This document shows positions 30,668 through 39,388 of a stretch of 64,000 bases of DNA, in pieces (the first letter of the stretch is position 1; every line of letters starts with the position of its first letter). The notes under the pieces are model-generated. The model searched no databases. It was given only the letters and a program-made list of their open reading frames with translations, and was not told the DNA's origin. The stretch spans positions 6,392 to 70,391 of the forward strand of contig JABDAH010000005.1 of assembly GCA_013289265.1 (NCBI GenBank), given 5' to 3'. This stretch comes from Alphaproteobacteria bacterium. Its GTDB lineage: Bacteria; Pseudomonadota; Alphaproteobacteria; UBA9219. The translations under genes and the position numbers were made by a program.

Positions 30668-31698
30668 GCAGCTTTCTCCAGCAGTGGGAAGAAGAAGCCG
30701 TTGATCAGTTCACGTACCTTTGAGGCGTCATCGACATTATTCACAGCATCGCGGAACTCGGAAGATTTTGGCAGACCCTTGCTGTACCAGCCGATATGTT
30801 TGCGGGCAATGCGCAGGCCTGCATGCGATCCGTAATGTTCCAGCATGGATTCCAGATGCTCAATCACCGTCTCGACCTGATGCTGCAAACTCGGCGCTTT
30901 CGGAATAACACCCGTGCGCAGGTAGTCCATCACCTGCTGAATGAACCAGGGTCGGCCATAAGCACCGCGGCCAATCATCACGCCGTCGGCGCCTGACATT
31001 TCCAGCGCCTTGATGACATCGGGGAAATCATTGATATCGCCGTTTGCGATTACCGGAATAGTTACGGCATTTTTCACGTTGCGGATAAAGGACCAATCCG
31101 CCTGCCCTTCATAAAACTGGCAGCGCGTGCGACCATGAACGGTAACCATTTTGATGCCGCATTCTTCGGCAATTTTTGCAAGGCGCGGGGCATTCAAATT
31201 TTCATGGTTCCATCCCATGCGCATTTTCAGCGTCACCGGAACCTTCACCGCCTTAACGGTGGCTTCCAGAATTTTTGCGGCATGAACCTCATCACGCATA
31301 AGGCTGGAGCCCGCATGGCCGTTGACCACCTTCTTCACTGGGCAACCGAAATTGATATCGATAATATGCGCGCCGCGATCTTCGTTCAGCTTGGCCGCTT
31401 CACCCATGACTTCAGGCTCACACCCCGCTAACTGCACTGCCATCGGGTTCTCGGCTTCGGAACGCTGGATCATCTGCATCGTCTTCCGGCATTCGCGCAC
31501 CATCGCCTGGCTGGCGATCATCTCCGACACCACAAGGCTCGCGCCGTGCTTCTTCACAAGACGGCGGAACGGCATATCCGTCACGCCAGACATAGGCGCA
31601 AGAATAACAGGAGCCTCAATCGTAATCGGGCCGATCTGGATCGGTTTAAGCGGCCTTACCGCAGGCGGCTGCGCTGATGGTTCTTCAAAATCAAGCAT
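30664..31698 (-). CDS. dusB: tRNA-dihydrouridine synthase B (NifR3)
   Basis: LAPMSGVTD, DINFGCP, TVHGRTR, ANGDI, GVMIGR, RKHIGWY. Confidence 0.97.
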   Translation of the reverse strand: MLDFEEPSAQPPAVRPLKPIQIGPITIEAPVILAPMSGVTDMPFRRLVKKHGASLVVSEMIASQAMVRECRKTMQMIQRSEAENPMAVQLAGCEPEVMGEAAKLNEDRGAHIIDINFGCPVKKVVNGHAGSSLMRDEVHAAKILEATVKAVKVPVTLKMRMGWNHENLNAPRLAKIAEECGIKMVTVHGRTRCQFYEGQADWSFIRNVKNAVTIPVIANGDINDFPDVIKALEMSGADGVMIGRGAYGRPWFIQQVMDYLRTGVIPKAPSLQHQVETVIEHLESMLEHYGSHAGLRIARKHIGWYSKGLPKSSEFRDAVNNVDDASKVRELINGFFFPLLEKAA

Positions 31699-31711
31699 GC
31701 TGAGCTTTTAG

Positions 31712-31736
31712 CATTTGCCTAAAAAATAGGCAAATG
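31712..31736. promoter_or_regulatory. Fis/NtrC-type binding palindrome in the dusB/ispDF divergent promoter
   Basis: CATTTGCCTA-AAAAA-TAGGCAAATG; core 31717-31731 fits GNNYRNNWNNYRNNC. Confidence 0.7.
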
Positions 31737-31811
31737 TGAAAATATGAAGCTAAAGGCTTGCTTTGTTTACCTTGGACGTTAGGTTCAGCACCCTAAAGCT
31801 AAGGATAACTG

Positions 31812-32969
31812 ATGACCCAATGCACAGCCCTGATCGTCGCCGCTGGTTCTGGCCAGCGTTTTGGCGGAACGATCCCAAAACAGTATCACGAGCTTGGCGG
31901 GATGCCGATCCTGCGCCGTAGCGTTCTGGCTTTCCTGAACCACCCGCATATTGACGCGGTGCAAGTGGTTATCAGCCCGGCACATCGCGATATGTATGAC
32001 AAAGCCACAGCCGACCTTGGGCTGCCGGAACCTATCATCGGCGGCGCGACACGGCAGGATTCCGTACGGTTGGGTCTGGAAGCGCTGGAGAAAACCAATA
32101 AGCCAAAACTTGTGATGATCCATGACGCGGCGCGGCCTCTGATCGACGCCGCCACCATCACCAACGTGCGCAAAGCCTTGGACAAGGATGTCGGCGCGAT
32201 TGCGGCGAAGCCTCTGGTCGATACGTTGAAGCGCGGCAATGGCATCAATATCGAAACCACCATTGACCGCAATAATCTTTGGCAAGCGCATACGCCACAG
32301 GCCTTCCATTTTGATGCTATTCTGGCGGCGCACCGCGCTACTATAGGCGCGCAGATGACGGATGATGCCGCCGTCGCCGAAAAAGCAGGCATGAATGTAA
32401 CTTTGGTACTCTCAAACCCGGACAATATGAAAATCACCAATCCTGACGATCTTGACCGCGCTGCGCGGTTGCTTGGCCACAATTTTAGCGATATTCGGAC
32501 CGGCATGGGCTTTGATGTGCATCGCCTGATCCCCGGCGATAAAATCTTTTTATGCGGCGTGTCCATTCCGCACAACCGCATGCTGGAAGGTCATTCCGAC
32601 GCCGATGTCGGCCTGCATGCCTTATGCGATGCAATTTTGGGCGCGATGAGCGAAGGCGATATTGGCAAGCATTTCCCACCGTCAGACCCCCAATGGAAGG
32701 GTAAGGACAGCGCCCATTTTGTCCGGCATATCGTCGGCATGGTGTCGGAGCGCGGCGGTTTTATCTCCCACGTCGATATTACAATGATGTGTGAAAATCC
32801 GCGTATCGGCCCGCATCGCGATGCCATGGTCGCCCGCGTCGCCGAACTTCTGGAAGTCACCCCTGACCGCGTTAGCGTGAAGGCTACAACTACTGAGCGC
32901 CTTGGCTTCACCGGTCGCGAAGAAGGCATCGCCGCGCAGGCGGTGGCTACGTTGCGGTTTCCGGGATAA
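31812..32969 (+). CDS. ispDF: bifunctional IspD/IspF
   Basis: AAGSGQRFG, PKQY, IHDAARP, GFDVH, GHSDADV, KATTTE. Confidence 0.97.
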   Translation: MTQCTALIVAAGSGQRFGGTIPKQYHELGGMPILRRSVLAFLNHPHIDAVQVVISPAHRDMYDKATADLGLPEPIIGGATRQDSVRLGLEALEKTNKPKLVMIHDAARPLIDAATITNVRKALDKDVGAIAAKPLVDTLKRGNGINIETTIDRNNLWQAHTPQAFHFDAILAAHRATIGAQMTDDAAVAEKAGMNVTLVLSNPDNMKITNPDDLDRAARLLGHNFSDIRTGMGFDVHRLIPGDKIFLCGVSIPHNRMLEGHSDADVGLHALCDAILGAMSEGDIGKHFPPSDPQWKGKDSAHFVRHIVGMVSERGGFISHVDITMMCENPRIGPHRDAMVARVAELLEVTPDRVSVKATTTERLGFTGREEGIAAQAVATLRFPG

Positions 32970-32974
32970 CTGAA

Positions 32975-33466
32975 ATGTTTCCTCCCGACATTCATGACCT
33001 CGCATGGAAAGTCGTGGATGAGTACACCACGCAGCGGCTGAAAATCGTCACGGCGGAGTCATGCACTGGCGGGCTGGTGGCAGGCGCTTTGACAGAAATT
33101 TCCGGATCATCGGCAATTGTTGAGCGCGGTTTTGTGACCTATAGCAACGACGCCAAAGTTGAAGTGCTTGGTGTAATGCCTGATTTTATCAAAGAATATG
33201 GCGCAGTCAGCGAACAGGTGGCGACCGCGATGGCGCAAGGCGCACTGGAATTTTCTCTCGCCGACGTAGCGGTTTCAGTAACCGGTATCGCAGGCCCCTT
33301 GGGAGGATCGGTAACCAAACCAGTTGGCCTCGTTTATTTTGGCATCGCTACCCGTACCGGCACTCTGTTCCACTACAAATCACAATTCAACGGCGACCGC
33401 GACGATATCCGCCAACAAGCAGTGCGCGAGGCGCTGCGGTTATTACTGTCGGTTGTTGGGGATTAA
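32975..33466 (+). CDS. CinA C-terminal / NMN deamidase (PncC-like)
   Basis: TAESCTGG, GFVTYSN, VTGIAGP, KPVGLV. Confidence 0.93.
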   Translation: MFPPDIHDLAWKVVDEYTTQRLKIVTAESCTGGLVAGALTEISGSSAIVERGFVTYSNDAKVEVLGVMPDFIKEYGAVSEQVATAMAQGALEFSLADVAVSVTGIAGPLGGSVTKPVGLVYFGIATRTGTLFHYKSQFNGDRDDIRQQAVREALRLLLSVVGD

Positions 33467-35022
33467 ATCGGAATAACCTTCGGCTTTGCCGTACGCAACC
33501 ACCAGACCACGATCAGGCGCGTGACCATCAGCGCCGAGAATATCGACGTGATAATGCCTATGGTTAATGTCACCGCGAAACCCTTCACGGGGCCTGAGCC
33601 AAAAATGAATAGCAACACGGCTGCAATAAGGGTTGTCATATTAGCATCGATAATTGCCGATAATGCGCGGCTGTATCCAGAATCAATGGCCGAGATAGGA
33701 CTGCGCCCAAGACGTAGTTCCTCACGAATACGTTCAAACACCAGAACGTTGGCATCTAATGCCGTGCCGATAGTCAGCACAATGCCCGCAATGCCTGGCA
33801 GTGTCAGTGTCGCTTGCAGGATAGACAGCACCGCAAAGATCAGCGCGATATTGAATAGCAGCGCGATATTAGCAAACACACCGAACAACCCGTAAGACAG
33901 AATGATAAAGACTACCACGAGCGCCAAACCCACAAGGCTGGCTGTGGCGCCCGCTTTGATAGAATCTGCACCGAGACCCGGGCCAACGGTACGCTCTTCC
34001 AGAATTTTAATCGGTGCTGGCAAAGCACCTGCCCGCAGTAACAAAGCCAGATCCTGTGCCGATTGCGTCGTGAAATGACCTGAAATTTGTCCACTGCCAC
34101 CCAGGATAGGTTCGCGAATAACAGGCGCGCTAATCACTTTGTTATCAAGGACAATGGCAAACAAATGCCCCGTATTTTCGCGTGTTGCTTCACCAAAGCG
34201 GCGACCGCCGACTGAGTCAAACTTGAAACTGACAACAGGCTCGCCATTCGAAAATGATGGTTGCGCGTCTGTCAGTGTATCACCTGAAACCATAACACGT
34301 TTTTGAATGACATAAGATTGCCCCGCGCGTTCGGTCGAGGGTAGGACTTCTTCACCTGGTGGCGCGATGCTGGCCGGATTCGCTGTTTCATCGACCAAAC
34401 GGAAAGTCAGTTTTGCAGTTTGGCCGAGCAGGTTTTTAATACGTTCCGGATCATCCACCCCCGGTAATTGCACCAAAATACGGTTATCGCCCTGACGCTG
34501 GATGGAAGGCTCGCGCGTGCCACTTTCGTCAATACGGCGGCGCACGATTTCAATCGATTGATCCATCGCCGCGCGCTTGCGTTCAACAATCTTGGCTTCG
34601 GTCATATGCAAAGTAAATTCGCCGTTAGCCTCGACTATGCCAAGGTCATGATCCATTTCATTGATCGTGTCTTTAGCTTTTTCTATCTGCGACGCATCTG
34701 TCAGTTTAAAATGGATAGAACCAGCGGCTAAGCCCAAGTCGGTGTAGCCAACTTTGGATTTACGCAATTCGGAACGCGTTTGATCAACCAGAGCCTGCAT
34801 GCGTTCTTCGATCACAGTATCCGTCGCCACTTCCAGCAACAGATGCGAACCGCCGCGCAAGTCGAGCCCTAAATTAACACCCTGATTGGGAAAAAAGGAC
34901 GGTGTATGTTCGCGCAGCCAAGCTACACTATCGCGGCTCATCACATTTGGCGCGGCATAGAGCACACCCAGCAAACATACGGCTGTAATAAGGATTATTT
35001 TCCAGCGTTCGATATAGATCAT
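33463..35022 (-). CDS. secD: protein translocase subunit SecD
   Basis: NLGLDLRGG, RILVQLPG, LLRAGALPA, DANVLVFERIREE; 519 aa, not fused to SecF. Confidence 0.96.
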   Translation of the reverse strand: MIYIERWKIILITAVCLLGVLYAAPNVMSRDSVAWLREHTPSFFPNQGVNLGLDLRGGSHLLLEVATDTVIEERMQALVDQTRSELRKSKVGYTDLGLAAGSIHFKLTDASQIEKAKDTINEMDHDLGIVEANGEFTLHMTEAKIVERKRAAMDQSIEIVRRRIDESGTREPSIQRQGDNRILVQLPGVDDPERIKNLLGQTAKLTFRLVDETANPASIAPPGEEVLPSTERAGQSYVIQKRVMVSGDTLTDAQPSFSNGEPVVSFKFDSVGGRRFGEATRENTGHLFAIVLDNKVISAPVIREPILGGSGQISGHFTTQSAQDLALLLRAGALPAPIKILEERTVGPGLGADSIKAGATASLVGLALVVVFIILSYGLFGVFANIALLFNIALIFAVLSILQATLTLPGIAGIVLTIGTALDANVLVFERIREELRLGRSPISAIDSGYSRALSAIIDANMTTLIAAVLLFIFGSGPVKGFAVTLTIGIITSIFSALMVTRLIVVWWLRTAKPKVIPI

Positions 35023-35028
35023 CGCGAA

Positions 35029-35412
35029 TTACTTTTTCTTTTCGGCTTCGTCGGCCGCAATGACAGGCTGTGTTTTAGCAGCGAGGCCACTAATTTGCGC
35101 GCGGGCCACCTTGACCTGCACGCCGTCAGCGATTTCGACTGTCAACAAATCGTCACCGTCCACTTTGGTAACTTTGCCGTAGATACCTCCACTAGTGATA
35201 ACGCGGTCGCCTTTCTGCAGGGCTTTGATCATCTTATTCTGTTCGTCCATTTTCTTTTGTTGTGGACGGATGATCAGCACATAAAAAACTCCAAAGATCA
35301 AAATGATCGGCAAGAAATTCATCAGCATGGATGTATTCGCGCCGCCGGGGGGCGAACTTACGGCATCCTGCGCATGGGCAGTAGCGATGAAAAACTGCGT
35401 AATATCCAGCAT
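35029..35412 (-). CDS. yajC: preprotein translocase subunit YajC
   Basis: FYVLIIRPQQK, KGDRVITSGGIYG. Confidence 0.95.
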   Translation of the reverse strand: MLDITQFFIATAHAQDAVSSPPGGANTSMLMNFLPIILIFGVFYVLIIRPQQKKMDEQNKMIKALQKGDRVITSGGIYGKVTKVDGDDLLTVEIADGVQVKVARAQISGLAAKTQPVIAADEAEKKK

Positions 35413-35500
35413 ATGATCCTCGAGGGCAAAAAAGACAGAGCCAGACTATAGCCGGAGAATCTTTCCGCGCAACAGGGACGTTAATATAAGAAATTCAGGC

Positions 35501-35866
35501 TTATTGCTGGCTTTCAATCACGGTTTCGTGATAGGCCCGCGCCGTCAGCGGATAGCGGTTCGGCGGATCGACATTAATCAGGCGGCTATTCGCATCCTTT
35601 ACAGGATAGGCATAGCATTGCGGCTCACCCGCTGTTTCATAACACCAGGTTTCATGCTGCGGCATCTGGGCGGACAGATCGGCAGGCGGTTCGTCGCCCG
35701 GCCTGGTTCCTATGATTCCTCCGGCGGCAGCCCCTAAACCAATAACGGTGCCGTTGCAGCCGGCGAGCGCCAGCATCGCCAGCCCAAACAATATGAAGGG
35801 CAACGTTTTCAAGGCGGCTTTACGACCGGCTGATTGCAGGGCTGGGGATGAAACTGAATCTTGCAT
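35501..35866 (-). CDS. putative lipoprotein
   Basis: Hydrophobic stretch ending in lipobox LAGC; WCYETAGEPQCY Cys pair. Confidence 0.7.
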   Translation of the reverse strand: MQDSVSSPALQSAGRKAALKTLPFILFGLAMLALAGCNGTVIGLGAAAGGIIGTRPGDEPPADLSAQMPQHETWCYETAGEPQCYAYPVKDANSRLINVDPPNRYPLTARAYHETVIESQQ

Positions 35867-35920
35867 GACGCGCTCTTTCAGGCGATGTATTGCGCCTGCC
35901 TGAATGGTAGAACCACGGGG

Positions 35921-35935
35921 TTAAAGAAGATTTAA
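35921..35935. promoter_or_regulatory. putative CtrA box
   Basis: TTAA-agaagat-TTAA (TTAA-N7-TTAAC on the minus strand) in a divergent intergenic gap. Confidence 0.55.
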
Positions 35936-35958
35936 GAGCTGATTTCACGAGATTTTCT

Positions 35959-36792
35959 ATGCAATTGACCATACCAGACACATCGCCCATGGGCCTGAAA
36001 CAGTGCCGTGACGGCCTGTTTATGTATAACAAACATGACACCCTTATTGGTAAATCACTGGAAGCCTATGGCGAGTTTTCAGGAATGGAGGCGGACCTTT
36101 TCCGGCAAATCGTCAAGCCGGGCATGGTGGCTTTCGACATCGGCGCAAATATCGGGGTTCAAACCGTCGGCCTTGCCAAGGCTGTGGGCGCGCAGGGACA
36201 AGTCGTTGCTTTTGAACCGCAACGAATTCTCCACCAAATGCTATGCGGTAATCTGGCGCTCAATGGGCTGACAAATGTCATGGCCTTAATGGCGGCGCTG
36301 GGCAGCAAGGTTGGCTCTATCGCTGTGCCGCCTGTTGATTACGCCAAAGACGGTGATTTTGGTGGTGTCGCTTTATCGCCGGACAGCGCAGGTGATGCCA
36401 AAAGCGAAGTTGTGCCTCTCCTCACTATCGACTCGTTCAATTTTCCACGCTGCGATTTCATGAAGATCGATGTCGAGGGGATGGAGCTTGATGTGCTGCA
36501 AGGTGCCGCGCAAACATTGGCACGCTGCAAACCTGCGCTTTACATAGATAATGACCTCGAATCTCAATCACTGCCTATAATTAGCTTCCTATTCAAACAG
36601 GATTATCGCCTTTATTGGCATTTACCCACTTTGTTCAATCCGAATAATTTTGCAGGTAATACCGAGAATATTTTCCCGGATCTGGCGTCTATCAACCTGT
36701 TGTGCATTCACAGTTCAGTTCCAGCAACAATGACCGGCTTTGTTGAGATAACACGCGAAAACGCGGCACAGTATGTAGGGGCTTTGGGATGA
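35959..36792 (+). CDS. FkbM family methyltransferase
   Basis: DIGANIG, AFEPQ, MKIDVEGME. Confidence 0.92.
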   Translation: MQLTIPDTSPMGLKQCRDGLFMYNKHDTLIGKSLEAYGEFSGMEADLFRQIVKPGMVAFDIGANIGVQTVGLAKAVGAQGQVVAFEPQRILHQMLCGNLALNGLTNVMALMAALGSKVGSIAVPPVDYAKDGDFGGVALSPDSAGDAKSEVVPLLTIDSFNFPRCDFMKIDVEGMELDVLQGAAQTLARCKPALYIDNDLESQSLPIISFLFKQDYRLYWHLPTLFNPNNFAGNTENIFPDLASINLLCIHSSVPATMTGFVEITRENAAQYVGALG

Positions 36793-37721
36793 CAGACCTT
36801 ATCTGCCATCTGACAAATCGCAGTATTCTGCAGGTCGGTGGTGATGACCGGCGAAATTTCCTGCAGGGCCTCATCAGCAATGACATCCATTTATGCCAGC
36901 CCGGCAAACCCATATATGCCGCCCTGCTCACGCCGCAGGGAAAATTTCTGCATGATATGTTTGTTATCGACGCAGGTGATATTTTTCTGATCGACTGCGA
37001 AGCCGCCCGCGCTGACGATCTATTACAGCGGCTTAGCCGTTATAAATTGCGTGCCAAGGTGATGCTGGAGAATATAGGCGGGCAGTTTGACGTGTGGGCA
37101 CATTGGATCCAAGAGCCCAACTCTCAGCTGTCATTCCCGCGAAAGCGGGAATCCAGCACCAGCGATAGCGAGCATATAAGTCTTCGCCCCGCAGACGCGC
37201 GGCACTGGATCCCCGGTCACGCCGGGGATGACAATCTGGTTTTACTGGATCCACGCCTCCCAGAACTAGGCATCCGTATCATTTTGAAAAAAGGTGAAAA
37301 ACCTGCCGGAGCAATTACTGATTTCTCTGCCTACGACAAGCATCGCCTCAAACTAGGCGTACCGGATGGCAGCCGCGATATGATCGTCGAGAAATCGACT
37401 TTGTTAGAAGGAAATTTTGACCTGCTGAACGGCATCAGCTGGACCAAGGGTTGTTACATGGGCCAGGAACTGACTGCACGCATGCATTACCGCGCCCTCG
37501 TCAAAAAACGCATGTTCCCTGTAGGAATAGATGGTGCCGCCCCATCCCCCGGCACTCCTATTCAAATGAACGAAGAAGAAATCGGCGAGATGCGCAGTAG
37601 CTGTGATGATGTGGGGCTGGCGCTTTTGAATGTAGAGAAAGCGCACATTTCTTTAAGTGAATCCCTATTACTGACTTGTGCCGAAAGTCGGGTACACATA
37701 ATTAAATCACCTCTGCTGTGA
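36789..37721 (+). CDS. ygfZ: folate-binding Fe-S cluster repair protein YgfZ
   Basis: FLQGLISND, LLTPQGK, signature KGCYMGQE; carries an in-frame repeat. Confidence 0.94.
   Translation: MTDLICHLTNRSILQVGGDDRRNFLQGLISNDIHLCQPGKPIYAALLTPQGKFLHDMFVIDAGDIFLIDCEAARADDLLQRLSRYKLRAKVMLENIGGQFDVWAHWIQEPNSQLSFPRKRESSTSDSEHISLRPADARHWIPGHAGDDNLVLLDPRLPELGIRIILKKGEKPAGAITDFSAYDKHRLKLGVPDGSRDMIVEKSTLLEGNFDLLNGISWTKGCYMGQELTARMHYRALVKKRMFPVGIDGAAPSPGTPIQMNEEEIGEMRSSCDDVGLALLNVEKAHISLSESLLLTCAESRVHIIKSPLL
37129..37233. repeat. RPE/dRS3-like palindromic element, copy 2 (in frame in ygfZ)
   Basis: tgtcattcccgcgaaagcgggaatccag...ctggatccccggtcacgccggggatgaca; 105 bp. Confidence 0.85.
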
Positions 37722-37789
37722 ATTAGATCATAACCCTCCCGAAATTCCGCACTTACATTATTGATAACAATAATGAAGGAGGAGGTTTT

Positions 37790-38368
37790 ATGGAATTGGT
37801 ATCTGCCACAACTCAACCTGCACAACTGCAAGCACCTGCGATTGAAGCCGATAACCCTCAGATCCCTGTCAGACCCCTAACCAGCGCGGATGCCTCAGCC
37901 TTCCGTTCCCTGCGGCTTGAATCTCTGGAAAAAGATGGACGCTTTTTTAAGAAGCCTGACGATGACGAAACCCGATTTACACTTGCACAATGGCAGGAAC
38001 GCGCCAAAGAGACTCCCGATCAATGCTGGTTCGGTATGTTTGCCCATAATGACATGGTTGGTATCGCGCGTATTTACAAAACGGCGGATGACACAGCCGA
38101 AGGCGGCTCACTCTATGTAATACCGGATCAACGTCAACATGGGGTCGCTGACCAGTTTGTTCATGCCGCCTTAGACTGGCTTAAACCTAAAACGGAGATC
38201 AAGTTTCTCGAATTCCACGCCCGCGAAGACAATATGCCTTCCCGGCATCTTTGCGAGGTTCATCTGAAAGGAGAAAAAATAGAAACGGTCGATGCTACAT
38301 ATGGCGATGGCAGCTCCGGCCCGGCGTTTTTATATCGCATCCCTGTTGAACATCTTCGACACGGCTAA
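37790..38368 (+). CDS. GNAT family N-acetyltransferase
   Basis: VRPLTSADASAFRSLRLESL, LYVIPDQRQHGVA (acetyl-CoA motif A), DNMPSRHL; strong GGAGG RBS. Confidence 0.82.
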   Translation: MELVSATTQPAQLQAPAIEADNPQIPVRPLTSADASAFRSLRLESLEKDGRFFKKPDDDETRFTLAQWQERAKETPDQCWFGMFAHNDMVGIARIYKTADDTAEGGSLYVIPDQRQHGVADQFVHAALDWLKPKTEIKFLEFHAREDNMPSRHLCEVHLKGEKIETVDATYGDGSSGPAFLYRIPVEHLRHG

Positions 38369-38374
38369 CAACTG

Positions 38375-39388
38375 CTAGTCGCCTGTTGGAATCTCATCGA
38401 GCCGCTTTGTCCGTTCTTCTGTCAGCATCGCATTGAGTGTACCGGGTGCGACTTTAGGATAATGCAAAGCTGCAAATTCAATCCAGGCATCCCGGTACGC
38501 TAGCCACAATCTTTGGGTTTGCTGAATATCCTTGCGAGTAATACCTGAAGCATCTTCAGACGGATCAACCGATATTTTTTTGTGGTAGGATTTATTTAGT
38601 TGTTTGTCTGCCTTGGCAAAATCAACGGGCATCTGTGGCAAATCCCCAGCTTCCAGTTGAACAACTTCCCTAATGAATGAATCTTTCAACATATTTTCGG
38701 CGTCAAGGATCATGGCGCCGCTAGACAGTCCTGCATGATAGGTTTCATTTTCTGCGCTTGCCTTGAAATAAGCGAAGGCCGCGGCTTGCAAGCGCTTGAA
38801 TTCTTCCTGATGCCGCGGCGGCCATGAGGCAATGAGGGAATCTATTTTTGACTTTCGTTCCCTCTCGTATTTCTCGAAATGAATATTCATACAAATAGTC
38901 ATCATTAACGAACTGAGTTGGTCGTCGCACACGCTCAGTTCACCCGGATCTTTCTCAGCCATCATTTTCTGGATATGCCTAACACTGCGCGCAAAATCAT
39001 CGCTCTTAGCCCCGTCACCTTCACAGGCAAATTTAAGAGCCAGGTTCAGGTTTTTCGCAACACCATAACCATTGGCATAAATCATCTCCAATATATCGGA
39101 GCCCTGAAGAACAGCGGCAGAAAGGCGTTTCTCTCTTTCCCAAAAGGCGCATTGCCGCGCCAGGACATAGTCGGGCGGATCATTGTAATACACGCCGTTG
39201 CCATTTGGGCCCTCGCATGCTTTACCGGCATAGGCCACAGCGGGATAATCCTGCGATGGAATTTGAGCATCTTTGACTTTTTCACAAGCGGCTTTCACAT
39301 CAGCCGGTGCGCCGTCGAGCATTTGCGGCTGGTCAGTCCAAGCCCCGAGAAGAAAGAATGCTGCCGCGATGAGGAGACTATGCCGCAT
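38375..39388 (-). CDS. secreted LprI/DUF1311-like protein with a Sel1-like segment
   Basis: Signal peptide from ATG 39388; YANGYGVAKNLNLA; ADKQLNKSY...TQRLWLAYRD...LTEERTKRL. Confidence 0.75.
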   Translation of the reverse strand: MRHSLLIAAAFFLLGAWTDQPQMLDGAPADVKAACEKVKDAQIPSQDYPAVAYAGKACEGPNGNGVYYNDPPDYVLARQCAFWEREKRLSAAVLQGSDILEMIYANGYGVAKNLNLALKFACEGDGAKSDDFARSVRHIQKMMAEKDPGELSVCDDQLSSLMMTICMNIHFEKYERERKSKIDSLIASWPPRHQEEFKRLQAAAFAYFKASAENETYHAGLSSGAMILDAENMLKDSFIREVVQLEAGDLPQMPVDFAKADKQLNKSYHKKISVDPSEDASGITRKDIQQTQRLWLAYRDAWIEFAALHYPKVAPGTLNAMLTEERTKRLDEIPTGD

